DNA from: Ruminococcus sp.
Lineage (GTDB): Bacteria; Bacillota; Clostridia; Oscillospirales; Ruminococcaceae
NCBI GenBank assembly: GCA_031262105.1
Contig: JAISIH010000083.1
Coordinates: 3,219 to 67,218 of the forward strand
Direction: 5' to 3'
DNA: 64,000 bases
In this document: piece by piece, positions 32,998-41,747 of the stretch
Layout of the letters: every line of letters starts with the position of its first letter
How positions within the stretch are numbered: the stretch's first letter is position 1
The notes under the pieces: generated by a model
What the model saw: the letters and a program-made list of their open reading frames with translations, nothing else
Databases searched by the model: none
What the model was told of the DNA's origin: nothing
Made by a program: the position numbers and the translations under genes

Positions 32998-35723
32998 TTT
33001 TTATACTTTTTGCCCGAACCGCAGGGGCAGGGGTCGTTTCTGCCGACTTTTTTCTCGGTGTTGCGGCGGGGGGCTGATTTTAGGCTGTCGTCGCCGCCGA
33101 TGTTTTCGCCCGGGTCGAGGACGCGTTCGCGCTTCGGGACGTTCTTTTCGGGGTCTACGCTTATGGTGAAGAGTATGCGGATTGTTTCTTCGCGGATTGA
33201 GTTAATCATCATGTCGAACATCTCGAAAGACTCGAAACGATATTCGACAACGGGGTTGCGCTGACCGATTGAACGCAGGCTTATGCCCTTGCGAAGCTCG
33301 TCCATGTCGTCGATGTGGGCTGTCCACTTCATGTCGACAACCTTTAGGAGGACAACACGCTCGAGTTCGCGCAAGACTTCCGAGCCGATCTTCTTCTCGC
33401 GCTTTTCGTAGAAGGATTCTGCGCGGTCTACCAAAATCTTGATTATGTCTTCGGGGTCGATTTTGTTAAGCTCTTCGGTTGTGTACTTAAAATCGCTTTC
33501 GACGGTGAAAAGCCCCATAAATCTGTCGCGGAGTCCCGCTAAGTTCCAGTCGTCGCGGACTGTGTCGTCGATTATATATTCGGAAGTGGTTGTCTCGACG
33601 AGGTCTTTTATCATCTTTAGGATATATTCGTGGATATCCTCGCCGGAGAGAACCTTGTCGCGCTGTTCGTAAATCATTGCGCGTTGACTGCTCATTACAT
33701 CGTCGTAGTTAAGCACGTTCTTGCGTATCGCAAAATTCCTCGCCTCAACCTTCTTTTGCGACGATTCAATAACCTTTGAGAGCATCTTCGCTTCAATCGG
33801 CAGATTTTCGTCAACATTCATGCTGTTCATGACGGTCGTTAGCCTGTCGCCGCCGAAAAGCCGCATAAGGTCGTCTTCGAGGCTGAGGTAAAAACGGCTT
33901 TCGCCCGGGTCGCCCTGACGTCCGGAACGTCCGCGGAGCTGATTGTCGATACGCCTTGACTCGTGGCGTTCCGTACCGATTATGAATAAGCCGCCCGCTT
34001 CTGTAACCTTGTCGTGCTGTTCTTTTATCGTCACCATTTCTTTGTCGTAAAGCTCCCGATAATGTTCCCTTGCGGCGATAATTTCCGGGTCGTCAAGCTT
34101 CGCAAAACTTACCGCTTTGCTTATCACATATTCGGGAACGCCCTCGCCCCGCATCTTCGCAACAGCCTTAAATTCAGCGTTACCGCCGAGCATAATGTCT
34201 GTTCCGCGCCCTGCCATATTCGTCGCAATCGTTACCGCGCCGAAATGCCCGGCTTGAGCGACAATCTGCGCCTCGCGTTCGTGCTGCTTTGCGTTTAAGA
34301 CTTCGTGGGCAATGCCCCTGCGCTTTAACATCTTCGAGAGAAGCTCCGATTTTTCAATCGAAACCGTGCCGACGAGAACCGGCTGCCCCTTTTCGTGGCA
34401 CTCCGCAATCTGGTCGATAACTGCGTTATATTTGCCCTTCTCGGTCTTGAAGACAACGTCGGAATGGTCTTCGCGGATCATCTTCCTGTTTGTCGGGACT
34501 TCAACAACGTCAAGGCGGTAAATTTCCTTAAATTCCTCCGACTCTGTCATCGCCGTACCTGTCATGCCGGAGAGCTTTTTATACATTCTGAAATAGTTCT
34601 GGAACGTTATTGAAGCAAGCGTTTTCGACTCATGGGCAACCTTCACGCCCTCTTTTGCCTCGATCGCCTGATGTAGCCCGTCGTTATAACGCCGCCCGAG
34701 CATAAGCCGCCCTGTGAATTCGTCAACGATTACAACTTCGCCGTCTTTCACGACATAATCGGTGTCGCGGTGCATTATGCCATGGGCCCTTAAGGCTTGG
34801 TTAACGTGGTGGAGGAGGGTTGTGTGTTCTGCATCGTAGAGATTTTCAACGCCGAAGAATTTCTCCGCCCGCTTAACGCCGCGGCGCGTAATTGTCGCGG
34901 TTTTCGCTTTCTGGTCGATTATATAGTCCTTGCCCTCGGAGGCTTCGTCTTGGTCAATCTTATCGTCCGATTCGACAATTATATAAGGCTCGCACGTCTT
35001 CGCGAATTTGTCCGCTTTTCCGTACATATCGGTTGACTTGTCGCCCCGCCCGGAGATTATAAGCGGGGTTCTCGCCTCGTCGATTAAAATTGAGTCAACC
35101 TCATCGACAATCGCGAAGTTATGCCCGCGCTGTACCTTTTCGTTTTCATAAATAACCATATTGTCGCGAAGATAATCGAAACCGAACTCGTTATTGGTCC
35201 CGTACGTTATGTCGCAGGCATAGGCGGCGCGGCGTTCTTCCGGCTTTAAGTCGTGGATAACACAGCCGATGGTTACGCCGAGGTAGTTAAAAACCTTCCC
35301 CATCTCTTCGGACTGGGATTTCGCAAGATAGTCATTGACGGTTACGACATGGACACCTTTCTGGGTCAGCGCGTTAAGATAAGATGCACAGCACGCAACG
35401 AGGGTTTTACCCTCGCCTGTTTTCATCTCGGCAATACGCCCTTGGTGAAGCACAATCGCGCCCAAAATCTGCACCGGGAAAGGTTTTTTCCCAAGCACGC
35501 GCCAAGCGGCTTCGCGTACCGTCGCAAGCGCAGGAACGATCAGCGAGTCGAGCGGAACGCCGTCTTCAAGCTCGCCGCGCATAAGTTCGGTCTGCGATTT
35601 AAGTTCCTCGTCGCTCATGGCGGCGTAATTTTCTTCAAGTTCAATTACCTGACGTTTCATCGGTTCGATTTTTGCAAGTTCGCGCTTGCTGTAACCCCCG
35701 AAAAGTCCTTCAAACAGTCCCAT
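32973..35723 (-). CDS. secA: Preprotein translocase ATPase SecA
   Basis: 916 aa. Walker A MKTGEGKT, DEVDSILIDEARTPLIISG, and the C-terminal zinc motif CPCGSGKKYKKCHG. Confidence 0.97.
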   Translation of the reverse strand: MGLFEGLFGGYSKRELAKIEPMKRQVIELEENYAAMSDEELKSQTELMRGELEDGVPLDSLIVPALATVREAAWRVLGKKPFPVQILGAIVLHQGRIAEMKTGEGKTLVACCASYLNALTQKGVHVVTVNDYLAKSQSEEMGKVFNYLGVTIGCVIHDLKPEERRAAYACDITYGTNNEFGFDYLRDNMVIYENEKVQRGHNFAIVDEVDSILIDEARTPLIISGRGDKSTDMYGKADKFAKTCEPYIIVESDDKIDQDEASEGKDYIIDQKAKTATITRRGVKRAEKFFGVENLYDAEHTTLLHHVNQALRAHGIMHRDTDYVVKDGEVVIVDEFTGRLMLGRRYNDGLHQAIEAKEGVKVAHESKTLASITFQNYFRMYKKLSGMTGTAMTESEEFKEIYRLDVVEVPTNRKMIREDHSDVVFKTEKGKYNAVIDQIAECHEKGQPVLVGTVSIEKSELLSKMLKRRGIAHEVLNAKQHEREAQIVAQAGHFGAVTIATNMAGRGTDIMLGGNAEFKAVAKMRGEGVPEYVISKAVSFAKLDDPEIIAAREHYRELYDKEMVTIKEQHDKVTEAGGLFIIGTERHESRRIDNQLRGRSGRQGDPGESRFYLSLEDDLMRLFGGDRLTTVMNSMNVDENLPIEAKMLSKVIESSQKKVEARNFAIRKNVLNYDDVMSSQRAMIYEQRDKVLSGEDIHEYILKMIKDLVETTTSEYIIDDTVRDDWNLAGLRDRFMGLFTVESDFKYTTEELNKIDPEDIIKILVDRAESFYEKREKKIGSEVLRELERVVLLKVVDMKWTAHIDDMDELRKGISLRSIGQRNPVVEYRFESFEMFDMMINSIREETIRILFTISVDPEKNVPKRERVLDPGENIGGDDSLKSAPRRNTEKKVGRNDPCPCGSGKKYKKCHGQDLK

Positions 35724-35831
35724 TTATTTCTCCATTTATATAGTATAAAATTATTCAGAATAACAATCACCATTTATTATAACCTATTTTAATAATTTTG
35801 TCAATGATTTATTAAAATTTTTCCGTTAATC

Positions 35832-35860
35832 TTGACAAATCGTGATTTTTGCGGTACAAT
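35832..35860 (+). promoter_or_regulatory. Sigma-A-type promoter placed so that transcription would start at the VanZ ATG
   Basis: TTGACA (35832..35837), a 17-nt spacer, then TACAAT (35855..35860). The ATG at 35867 lies 6 nt after the -10. Confidence 0.55.
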
Positions 35861-35866
35861 ATTTCT

Positions 35867-36346
35867 ATGGAAATTCAAAATAAGCGTGTTAAAACGATTC
35901 TTAAATTTGTTTTTGTAATCTATATAGTGCTGCTGCTTGGGGTTGTGACACTGCGCTTTCTATATCCCGACAAGCTTTTTCAGATGCGAAACGCCCTTGC
36001 GGCGGGGGAAGTAAGCCCTAATTTCGAGATTTTTAAGACAATCCGCAATCAGCTCGAAAACTTGGGGAGCGGCTACGCAAACTGGAATATCCTCGCGAAC
36101 ACCGTCTGCTTCATGCCGTTCGGTTTCCTCCTCCCGCTGATAACAAAAAAGCCCTGTAACGTTCTTCTTACGGGCTTTATCGGGCTTCTATTTTCGGGGC
36201 TTATCGAAACTTCACAGCTTGTCTTCAAAATCGGCGTTTTCGATATCGACGACCTTTTGCTTAATACTGTCGGGGTTATACTGGGGTATGTTTGCGCGAG
36301 GGTGGGGTATGCGATATTTGGGAGCGGGAAGAGGAAGAAAAGATGA
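35867..36346 (+). CDS. VanZ-family membrane protein
   Basis: Four predicted TM segments and the VanZ-like N.LANTVCFMPFGFLLP motif. The start is chosen at ATG 35867; the track ORF starts at 35849 inside the promoter. Confidence 0.7.
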   Translation: MEIQNKRVKTILKFVFVIYIVLLLGVVTLRFLYPDKLFQMRNALAAGEVSPNFEIFKTIRNQLENLGSGYANWNILANTVCFMPFGFLLPLITKKPCNVLLTGFIGLLFSGLIETSQLVFKIGVFDIDDLLLNTVGVILGYVCARVGYAIFGSGKRKKR

Positions 36347-36474
36347 AAAGGCTATTGACAGCCGCCATTTAAAGCGTTATACTTAATATAGGCTTTTTGA
36401 TACTATACATAGTTCTAATAGAATTTATTTCATAATAAACTACTTTGAACTATTTTGTATCAGGAGGCGTTAAG

Positions 36475-36699
36475 ATGGAAAACGATAAATATAGGATAGG
36501 TGATATTATGCCGGAGATTATAGATGAAATTTTGGAATCAGAGAATAGACGCTTTGAAAAAATCAATACCTATCTCGACAACGAGATTAATGAGCTTAAA
36601 AGGATCTCTAAGCTGCCTGATGATAACGAAGAAAAAATAGCAAAGAAGATTGAAGTCCGGGAATATATCGAACGTGTCAGAAAAAACTGCGGGGAATAA
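36475..36699 (+). CDS. Hypothetical small helical protein (74 aa)
   Basis: ATG 36475 preceded by CAGGAGG. Charged and coiled-coil-like. A/T-rich codons. Confidence 0.4.
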   Translation: MENDKYRIGDIMPEIIDEILESENRRFEKINTYLDNEINELKRISKLPDDNEEKIAKKIEVREYIERVRKNCGE

Positions 36700-36732
36700 T
36701 TTTTCGGTTAACAAATATTACGGAGTTTTTGT

Positions 36733-37326
36733 ATGTATTCAAAATTGCCGAACCTTGTTATCGGGTTTCATGGATGTGACCGGCTGAGTGTCGAAAAAGT
36801 GCTTTATAAAAATGAGAAGATGCACGAGAGCGTCAATGATTATGATTGGTTAGGACATGGTGTATATTTTTGGGAGCAAAACTACGACAGAGCCTTAGAT
36901 TGGGCAGCATCGCAGCTGAAGATAAAAACCCCCGCCGTCATAGGCGCGGTTATTGATTTGGGACGTTGCCTTAATCTTTTTGATAAACATTATATAGATG
37001 TAGTAAAGAAGCAGTATGAAACATTAAAGGATCGGTACGAATTTATCAGAAAAGAATTACCGCGCAATAAAAACGTCGGTAATAATACCGATTTGTTACT
37101 CCGAAATTTAGACTGTACAGTAATAGAAAGTTTACACGAGGACCTTAAAATAACACGTGAACCTGAATACGATTCAGTACGGGGTATGTTTTTTGAAGGA
37201 AAAGAAATCTATCCCGGCTCGGGTTTTAGAAGTAATACGCACGTTCAAATTTGTGTGAGAAATCCGAACTGTATAAAGGGTCTGTTCTTGCCGAAAGCAA
37301 GCGTAGAAGAGTGGTCTATACCATAA
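36733..37326 (+). CDS. Hypothetical protein with DUF3990-like / ADP-ribosyltransferase-fold-like motifs (197 aa)
   Basis: N-terminal VIGFHGCD and DWLGHGVYFWEQNYDRALDWA resemble, from memory, the HG... and G.GFY....A..WA pattern of DUF3990 and H-Y-type ART folds. This is an inference only. Confidence 0.45.
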   Translation: MYSKLPNLVIGFHGCDRLSVEKVLYKNEKMHESVNDYDWLGHGVYFWEQNYDRALDWAASQLKIKTPAVIGAVIDLGRCLNLFDKHYIDVVKKQYETLKDRYEFIRKELPRNKNVGNNTDLLLRNLDCTVIESLHEDLKITREPEYDSVRGMFFEGKEIYPGSGFRSNTHVQICVRNPNCIKGLFLPKASVEEWSIP

Positions 37327-37408
37327 TCCGAAAGAAAAAAACAAATGCGGAACGTTTTCACTAAAATCAATATACCCCTCTGACGAAAGTCTTTAGGAAG
37401 GGGGGTTT

Positions 37409-37445
37409 GGGGGGATAACCCTTTCTCCAGAAAGGGTTTCCCCCC
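37409..37445. terminator. G6/C6-clamped hairpin between convergent genes (copy 2 of the repeated element)
   Basis: ggggggataaccctttc / gaaagggtttcccccc with one bulge. It is preceded by aaggggggttt, as in copy 1. Confidence 0.5.
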
Positions 37446-37472
37446 AACGCGTCTCCCAACGCATCCCCAGCG

Positions 37473-38255
37473 TTACCTTGACCCGCGCCCGCCGCCGCCG
37501 CCGTGGCTTCCGCCGCCGTGGTGACCGCCGCCGCCGGAGCTGTCGGAGCTGTTGCGGGTGCGGGTGGTGTATTCGCGGACGAAGCGGTCGGAGCGGTTGT
37601 AGATGTTTATGCTGCCCTTATTCAGGTAGGCTGTTGCGGAGATTTTCGCGTGTTTGTGGTAGCGGTGCCAGACTACGCCGGCTGTTATGGCTGCGGCTGC
37701 TATTGCCGCGATAAGGAAGAAGAAAGCGATTTCGATGTTTACTTGGCGGGGGAGTTTTTTCCCGTTGCGGTAATTAATCGCGTCGTCGAGGAAAGTTGCG
37801 GCGGTCCTGAATTCGTCGTAGGCTTCAAAGGATGGTTTTATATGCTCGAAGATGCGGATTGCATCGGAATTTGAGATATATTTTCTCGCGCCGTTCGCGG
37901 CAACGATATGGAGGACGTAGTTGCCGTTCGCGGAGTCCATTAAGAGAAGCACGCCGTCGGCGGAGCTTCCGAAATAGCTGTCGAAATAGTTTTCGGCGGC
38001 TCTTATTACGCCGTTGTCGGAATAGTCCTCGGCTGTTGAAACTACGCCGATTTTCCAGCCTGTGGCTTCGGCGGTAGTTACCATGAAATCGAAAAGCTGT
38101 TCTTCCTCGTCGGCGGTTAGGAAGTCCGCTGTGTCGTTGAGATAGACGTCATCGTTGTTTTCATAGGCGTAAACCGCAACATTCGCGGTTAAGACTGCTA
38201 TTATTAGAACGATTACGAAGGTGGTTATCTTTGATACTTTTTTCATATTCGTCAA
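37473..38255 (-). CDS. TPM-domain protein (YdjH-like), with a Gly-rich tail
   Basis: Signal/TM segment, a TPM-like LNDTADFLTADEEEQL motif, a second TM segment, and the C-terminal tail SSGGGGHHGGGSHGGGGGRG. Confidence 0.75.
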   Translation of the reverse strand: MTNMKKVSKITTFVIVLIIAVLTANVAVYAYENNDDVYLNDTADFLTADEEEQLFDFMVTTAEATGWKIGVVSTAEDYSDNGVIRAAENYFDSYFGSSADGVLLLMDSANGNYVLHIVAANGARKYISNSDAIRIFEHIKPSFEAYDEFRTAATFLDDAINYRNGKKLPRQVNIEIAFFFLIAAIAAAAITAGVVWHRYHKHAKISATAYLNKGSINIYNRSDRFVREYTTRTRNSSDSSGGGGHHGGGSHGGGGGRGSR

Positions 38256-39316
38256 CCTCCCAAGAAGCCGGAGACAAAGCCGCCGATTAATAGTATAACA
38301 AAGAAGATTATCGCAAGCGCGGCGGCGAATTTCCCGCCCGACATTGGGGGGAGACCCGCAATTTTCCCGGTCTGACCGTTCACGGCGAATTCGTAGATTT
38401 TGCCCTTGTAAATATATGTCATAAACCAGAGGGGGAGCATTACGTATTCCCAGTCGGTGCGGATAAGGTTAACGCTCTGATGGGTTATGCTGACCGTCGT
38501 GAAGCCCTTTATATCGTCCTTTAGAACTTCCGTTGCCGCGCCTAAAACGCGGCTTTTTATCCGCTCTAAGATGTCGGTTTTCGGGACGTCGTATTTGTCC
38601 GCCATGAAACCGGCGAGGTAGTTCATGTTAAACTCGGTCAGTTCTTTGTAATCGAACGGCTCAACGGCGTCTATAAAATCGTCGTTTAATTTCTTCGAGC
38701 CGTCCGCCGGAATCTTCTCGAAGTTCATATACGCCGCCCTGTCGCAGTCGAAAACCTTCGTGTTCGTCACGGTATAATCGCCGGAGGTGTGGGTATGGAT
38801 AATCTTCGCGTCGGCTGAGACAGTCGCGTTCGTCTTACAGTCGGTAAGCCAGAACGGCGTATAAAGCCCGACAATCTTCTCAAGCTGTTTTTCGGAGCGG
38901 AAAGAGGCGGGGACGAACCATTTTTTCTTGATAAATTTCTTGAAGACGTCCTCTGCCTCGGGGCGTGTCAGCTTAAAGGGAATAAGCCTTGCGGGGCGAA
39001 ATTCCCCGGATACACGCCCTGAGAGGGTTACGGGATTGTGGCAATAATAACACTCGGCGGCGGCTGTGTTCTCGTCCGAAATAATCGACGCGCCGCAGTT
39101 GTTGCAGACGTAAACGCGGGTAGCCTCCGCGAATTCGCGCTTCTCGCGGTCTTCCTGTTCCTCGGATTTTGCCGGGGCGGCAGCTGCCTCCGTTATGGGC
39201 TTATCGGCTTCGGCAAGCTCCTCGGTCGTGAACTCCGATGCGCAATAGTCGCAAAGCATCTTCTGCTTTTCGGGGGAGAAGCGAAGCTCCGCCCCGCAGT
39301 TAGGGCATTTAGTCAT
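38252..39316 (-). CDS. Zinc-ribbon membrane-anchored protein (YdjG-like)
   Basis: CPNCG...CDYC and CNNCG...CYYC zinc ribbons, plus a C-terminal TM segment. Overlaps the TPM gene by 4 nt. Confidence 0.6.
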   Translation of the reverse strand: MTKCPNCGAELRFSPEKQKMLCDYCASEFTTEELAEADKPITEAAAAPAKSEEQEDREKREFAEATRVYVCNNCGASIISDENTAAAECYYCHNPVTLSGRVSGEFRPARLIPFKLTRPEAEDVFKKFIKKKWFVPASFRSEKQLEKIVGLYTPFWLTDCKTNATVSADAKIIHTHTSGDYTVTNTKVFDCDRAAYMNFEKIPADGSKKLNDDFIDAVEPFDYKELTEFNMNYLAGFMADKYDVPKTDILERIKSRVLGAATEVLKDDIKGFTTVSITHQSVNLIRTDWEYVMLPLWFMTYIYKGKIYEFAVNGQTGKIAGLPPMSGGKFAAALAIIFFVILLIGGFVSGFLGG

Positions 39317-39366
39317 GGTTATCCACCTTTATTTCACAGGTTAGGGCATATTGCCGCTGATAACTT

Positions 39367-40566
39367 TTATTCAGCCTTTTTGTTGCCGCAATTTTGGCAG
39401 AACTTGCCTGTGTTCGGCGTACCGCACTCGGAGCAGAACCACTTCCCGTCGGCATTAGCCGCTGCCGGAGCCGGTTTCTTGTTGCCGCAACCTTGGCAGA
39501 AATTGCCGGTGTTATATGTGCCGCAAGAACAGGTCCAGCCGCCCGGGGCTTGCTGTGCTTGCGCTTGTGCGGGTGCTTGTGCCGGTTGCTGCGGCATTGC
39601 GCCTAAAATTCCCGCGCCTGCCGATTGCGCCGCGTTAAAGCCCATGAAGCCTATTGCCGCGCCGCCTGCGTTGCCGCCCGCCGCCTTGATGCCGTCCGCA
39701 ACGCTCTTTTGCATATATGCGTTCATTAAGGACGGGTCAGCCATCATTGCGGTTTCGTTCCGCATATTGATAAGCTTTTGCGAACCCTCGTCATAGCTTA
39801 TGCTCTCGATTCCGACAGAGCATACTTCCATGCCGCGAAGCCCTCTCCACTCCTCGTCGAGGGCGTCCGCCATGTATTTTGAAAGCTCACGCCCCTTGCT
39901 TTGCACAAACGAAATGCGTGTGCCTTCCATCGACATTTTATTAATCGAAGATGCGAATGCGTCTAAAAATTCTGCCATATATTGGGTGTTAATATCGCTG
40001 ATTTCAACCTTATTCGCGTTTTTCGGTATCGCCTCGGCGTAAAACTTAAGCGGGTCGGTTATGCGGATTGAATAGGTTCCGAATGCGCGTAGGAAAAGCT
40101 CTGCGTTATAAAAATTGTCGAAATAGTTAACGGGGTTCTTCGTGCCGAATTTTATCCCCTTAATTTCCTGTAAGTTTATGTAAATCGCCATCTGCTTACC
40201 GCTCGGGACGCCGCCGAATTTAATTCGCTCGAAGGTGTCCTTTAAGCTGTCGGCGATGTCAGAGCCTAAGTTCCCCGCGAAAAGCGACGGCGCAGACGAC
40301 AGCGCGACCTGATAATACCCCTCCTCGGAGGAATAGTCAACAACCCTGCCCCCGTCAAGCAAAAGCATCATCATGTTCGGATAAACATGGATTACAGAGC
40401 CGTTTGAAATTAGCCCTGTGTCGCCCTTCTTGTTCTGCCCTTTACGTACGGCGACGCCCTTCGTCATTACCGTCATATCCCCCATGGAATCCGGCTCAAT
40501 CGTCTCAAGCCAAGAATCCGCTAACGCTCCCTTTACCGAGCTGCCAATTGCCTTAATTATTCCCAT
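39367..40566 (-). CDS. SPFH/band-7-like protein (YdjI-like) with two C-terminal zinc ribbons
   Basis: N-terminus MGIIKAIGSSVKGALADSWLE. The C-terminal end has WTCSCGTYNTGNFCQGCGNKK and WFCSECGTPNTGKFCQNCGNKK. Confidence 0.65.
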   Translation of the reverse strand: MGIIKAIGSSVKGALADSWLETIEPDSMGDMTVMTKGVAVRKGQNKKGDTGLISNGSVIHVYPNMMMLLLDGGRVVDYSSEEGYYQVALSSAPSLFAGNLGSDIADSLKDTFERIKFGGVPSGKQMAIYINLQEIKGIKFGTKNPVNYFDNFYNAELFLRAFGTYSIRITDPLKFYAEAIPKNANKVEISDINTQYMAEFLDAFASSINKMSMEGTRISFVQSKGRELSKYMADALDEEWRGLRGMEVCSVGIESISYDEGSQKLINMRNETAMMADPSLMNAYMQKSVADGIKAAGGNAGGAAIGFMGFNAAQSAGAGILGAMPQQPAQAPAQAQAQQAPGGWTCSCGTYNTGNFCQGCGNKKPAPAAANADGKWFCSECGTPNTGKFCQNCGNKKAE

Positions 40567-40667
40567 GGTTATTCTCCTTTATTTACAAAAAAATCTTAAC
40601 TATATTATACCACGTCAAATACGGTTTGTCAAGGCGGTTTACTTATAAAATTTTTGTCGGTTTGCTA

Positions 40668-40696
40668 TTGCAATTAACCCGGAGATGTGGTATACT
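40668..40696 (+). promoter_or_regulatory. Putative extended -10 promoter for the 40735 / MetRS-like gene pair
   Basis: TTGCAA, a 17-nt spacer ending in TGG, then TATACT. Confidence 0.5.
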
Positions 40697-40734
40697 ATTA
40701 TAAATACGTATAAATTTATTAGGAGCAGAAAATT

Positions 40735-41736
40735 ATGGCATTTCCAATCGTCGCACCCAGCTTTTTGCGCGAATATATTGATTTCGATAACCCGGAAAAG
40801 AACGCCGGACTCGTTCGCTACGTGATTTCCCCGCACTCCGTCGATTACGTTTTAATGCTCGCAAACCCCGCTGTCGCAAAGCGTCTTATCGAACACACCG
40901 ACCCTATCCTCTTTACCATGACCGATATGTCGGACGAAGACAGCGCGAAATTCTCGGAAAACGCGAAAGCCCTCATCGCCCGTTACCCGAATATGCAGTA
41001 TTACTGGCAGATCCGTCAGCTCGTTATGTATATTTTGCAGTTTAAGAAGCTTCATTTCGACCGCCGTCTGCTTATAATGAACCACGCAATCGGCACCGTC
41101 AACGGCATGATAACCCAGTTCCAGCCGAACCTCATCGAAGGTTTCGCTCAAAACATAACCCACACAACCGACTTCTCCGAAACGCTCAAGTATTTCGAGA
41201 AAGTCCCCATAATCCCCCCCGTCTCCCTCGCCGAGGGCGTCTCCTTCCTCAAAGCCATGTTTAACACACTCAAAAACATGGACGACAAAACAGTATACAA
41301 GAAGTGGAAGCCCTTCTACGAGCGTATCTACAAAGGGCTCGGCATCTCCGGCCCCGAAACCTTCACAACCGCCGACATGAAACTCTACATCCCCAAGCGC
41401 GTAGCATTCGGCGAAAATTTCACAAACAATCGCCCCCACATCATGGAAAATATCATGATTAACTACCTTTGGGCTCTCGCAACCCCCTTCACAGACCCCG
41501 AACTCTCCGTCTGGGACAACTTCGTCTTCTACATCACCCTCTACAACGCCATCAAAATCTACATCACCCTCATCGAACCCGCCGACGACGACGATCTCGC
41601 CTCCGCCCTCTCCGCGTTCGACATCGCCCTCACCGAAGTCTCCGCCGGCAACGCTTTCCTCCGCTCCACAGTCTCCGCCCTCAAAAACCAAGACTCCGCA
41701 AATAACGGCGACATGGCGGTAATAACTCTAAATTAA
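40735..41736 (+). CDS. Hypothetical protein (333 aa)
   Basis: Long ORF with an AGGAG RBS, ending 11 nt before the MetRS-like gene. No motif recognised. Confidence 0.5.
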   Translation: MAFPIVAPSFLREYIDFDNPEKNAGLVRYVISPHSVDYVLMLANPAVAKRLIEHTDPILFTMTDMSDEDSAKFSENAKALIARYPNMQYYWQIRQLVMYILQFKKLHFDRRLLIMNHAIGTVNGMITQFQPNLIEGFAQNITHTTDFSETLKYFEKVPIIPPVSLAEGVSFLKAMFNTLKNMDDKTVYKKWKPFYERIYKGLGISGPETFTTADMKLYIPKRVAFGENFTNNRPHIMENIMINYLWALATPFTDPELSVWDNFVFYITLYNAIKIYITLIEPADDDDLASALSAFDIALTEVSAGNAFLRSTVSALKNQDSANNGDMAVITLN

Positions 41737-41747
41737 CTGGTGATATT

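Noticed and set aside
39038-39796. 252-aa plus-strand ORF spanning the YdjG-like/YdjI-like junction
   Set aside because: It is antisense to two well-supported minus-strand genes and crosses their intergenic gap. It is Ala/Cys/Pro-rich low-complexity sequence.
40852-41691. 279-aa minus-strand ORF rich in Gly/Glu/Val/Asp
   Set aside because: It lies entirely antisense to the 333-aa plus-strand ORF, which has a promoter and an RBS and is coupled to the next gene. Its composition is low-complexity.
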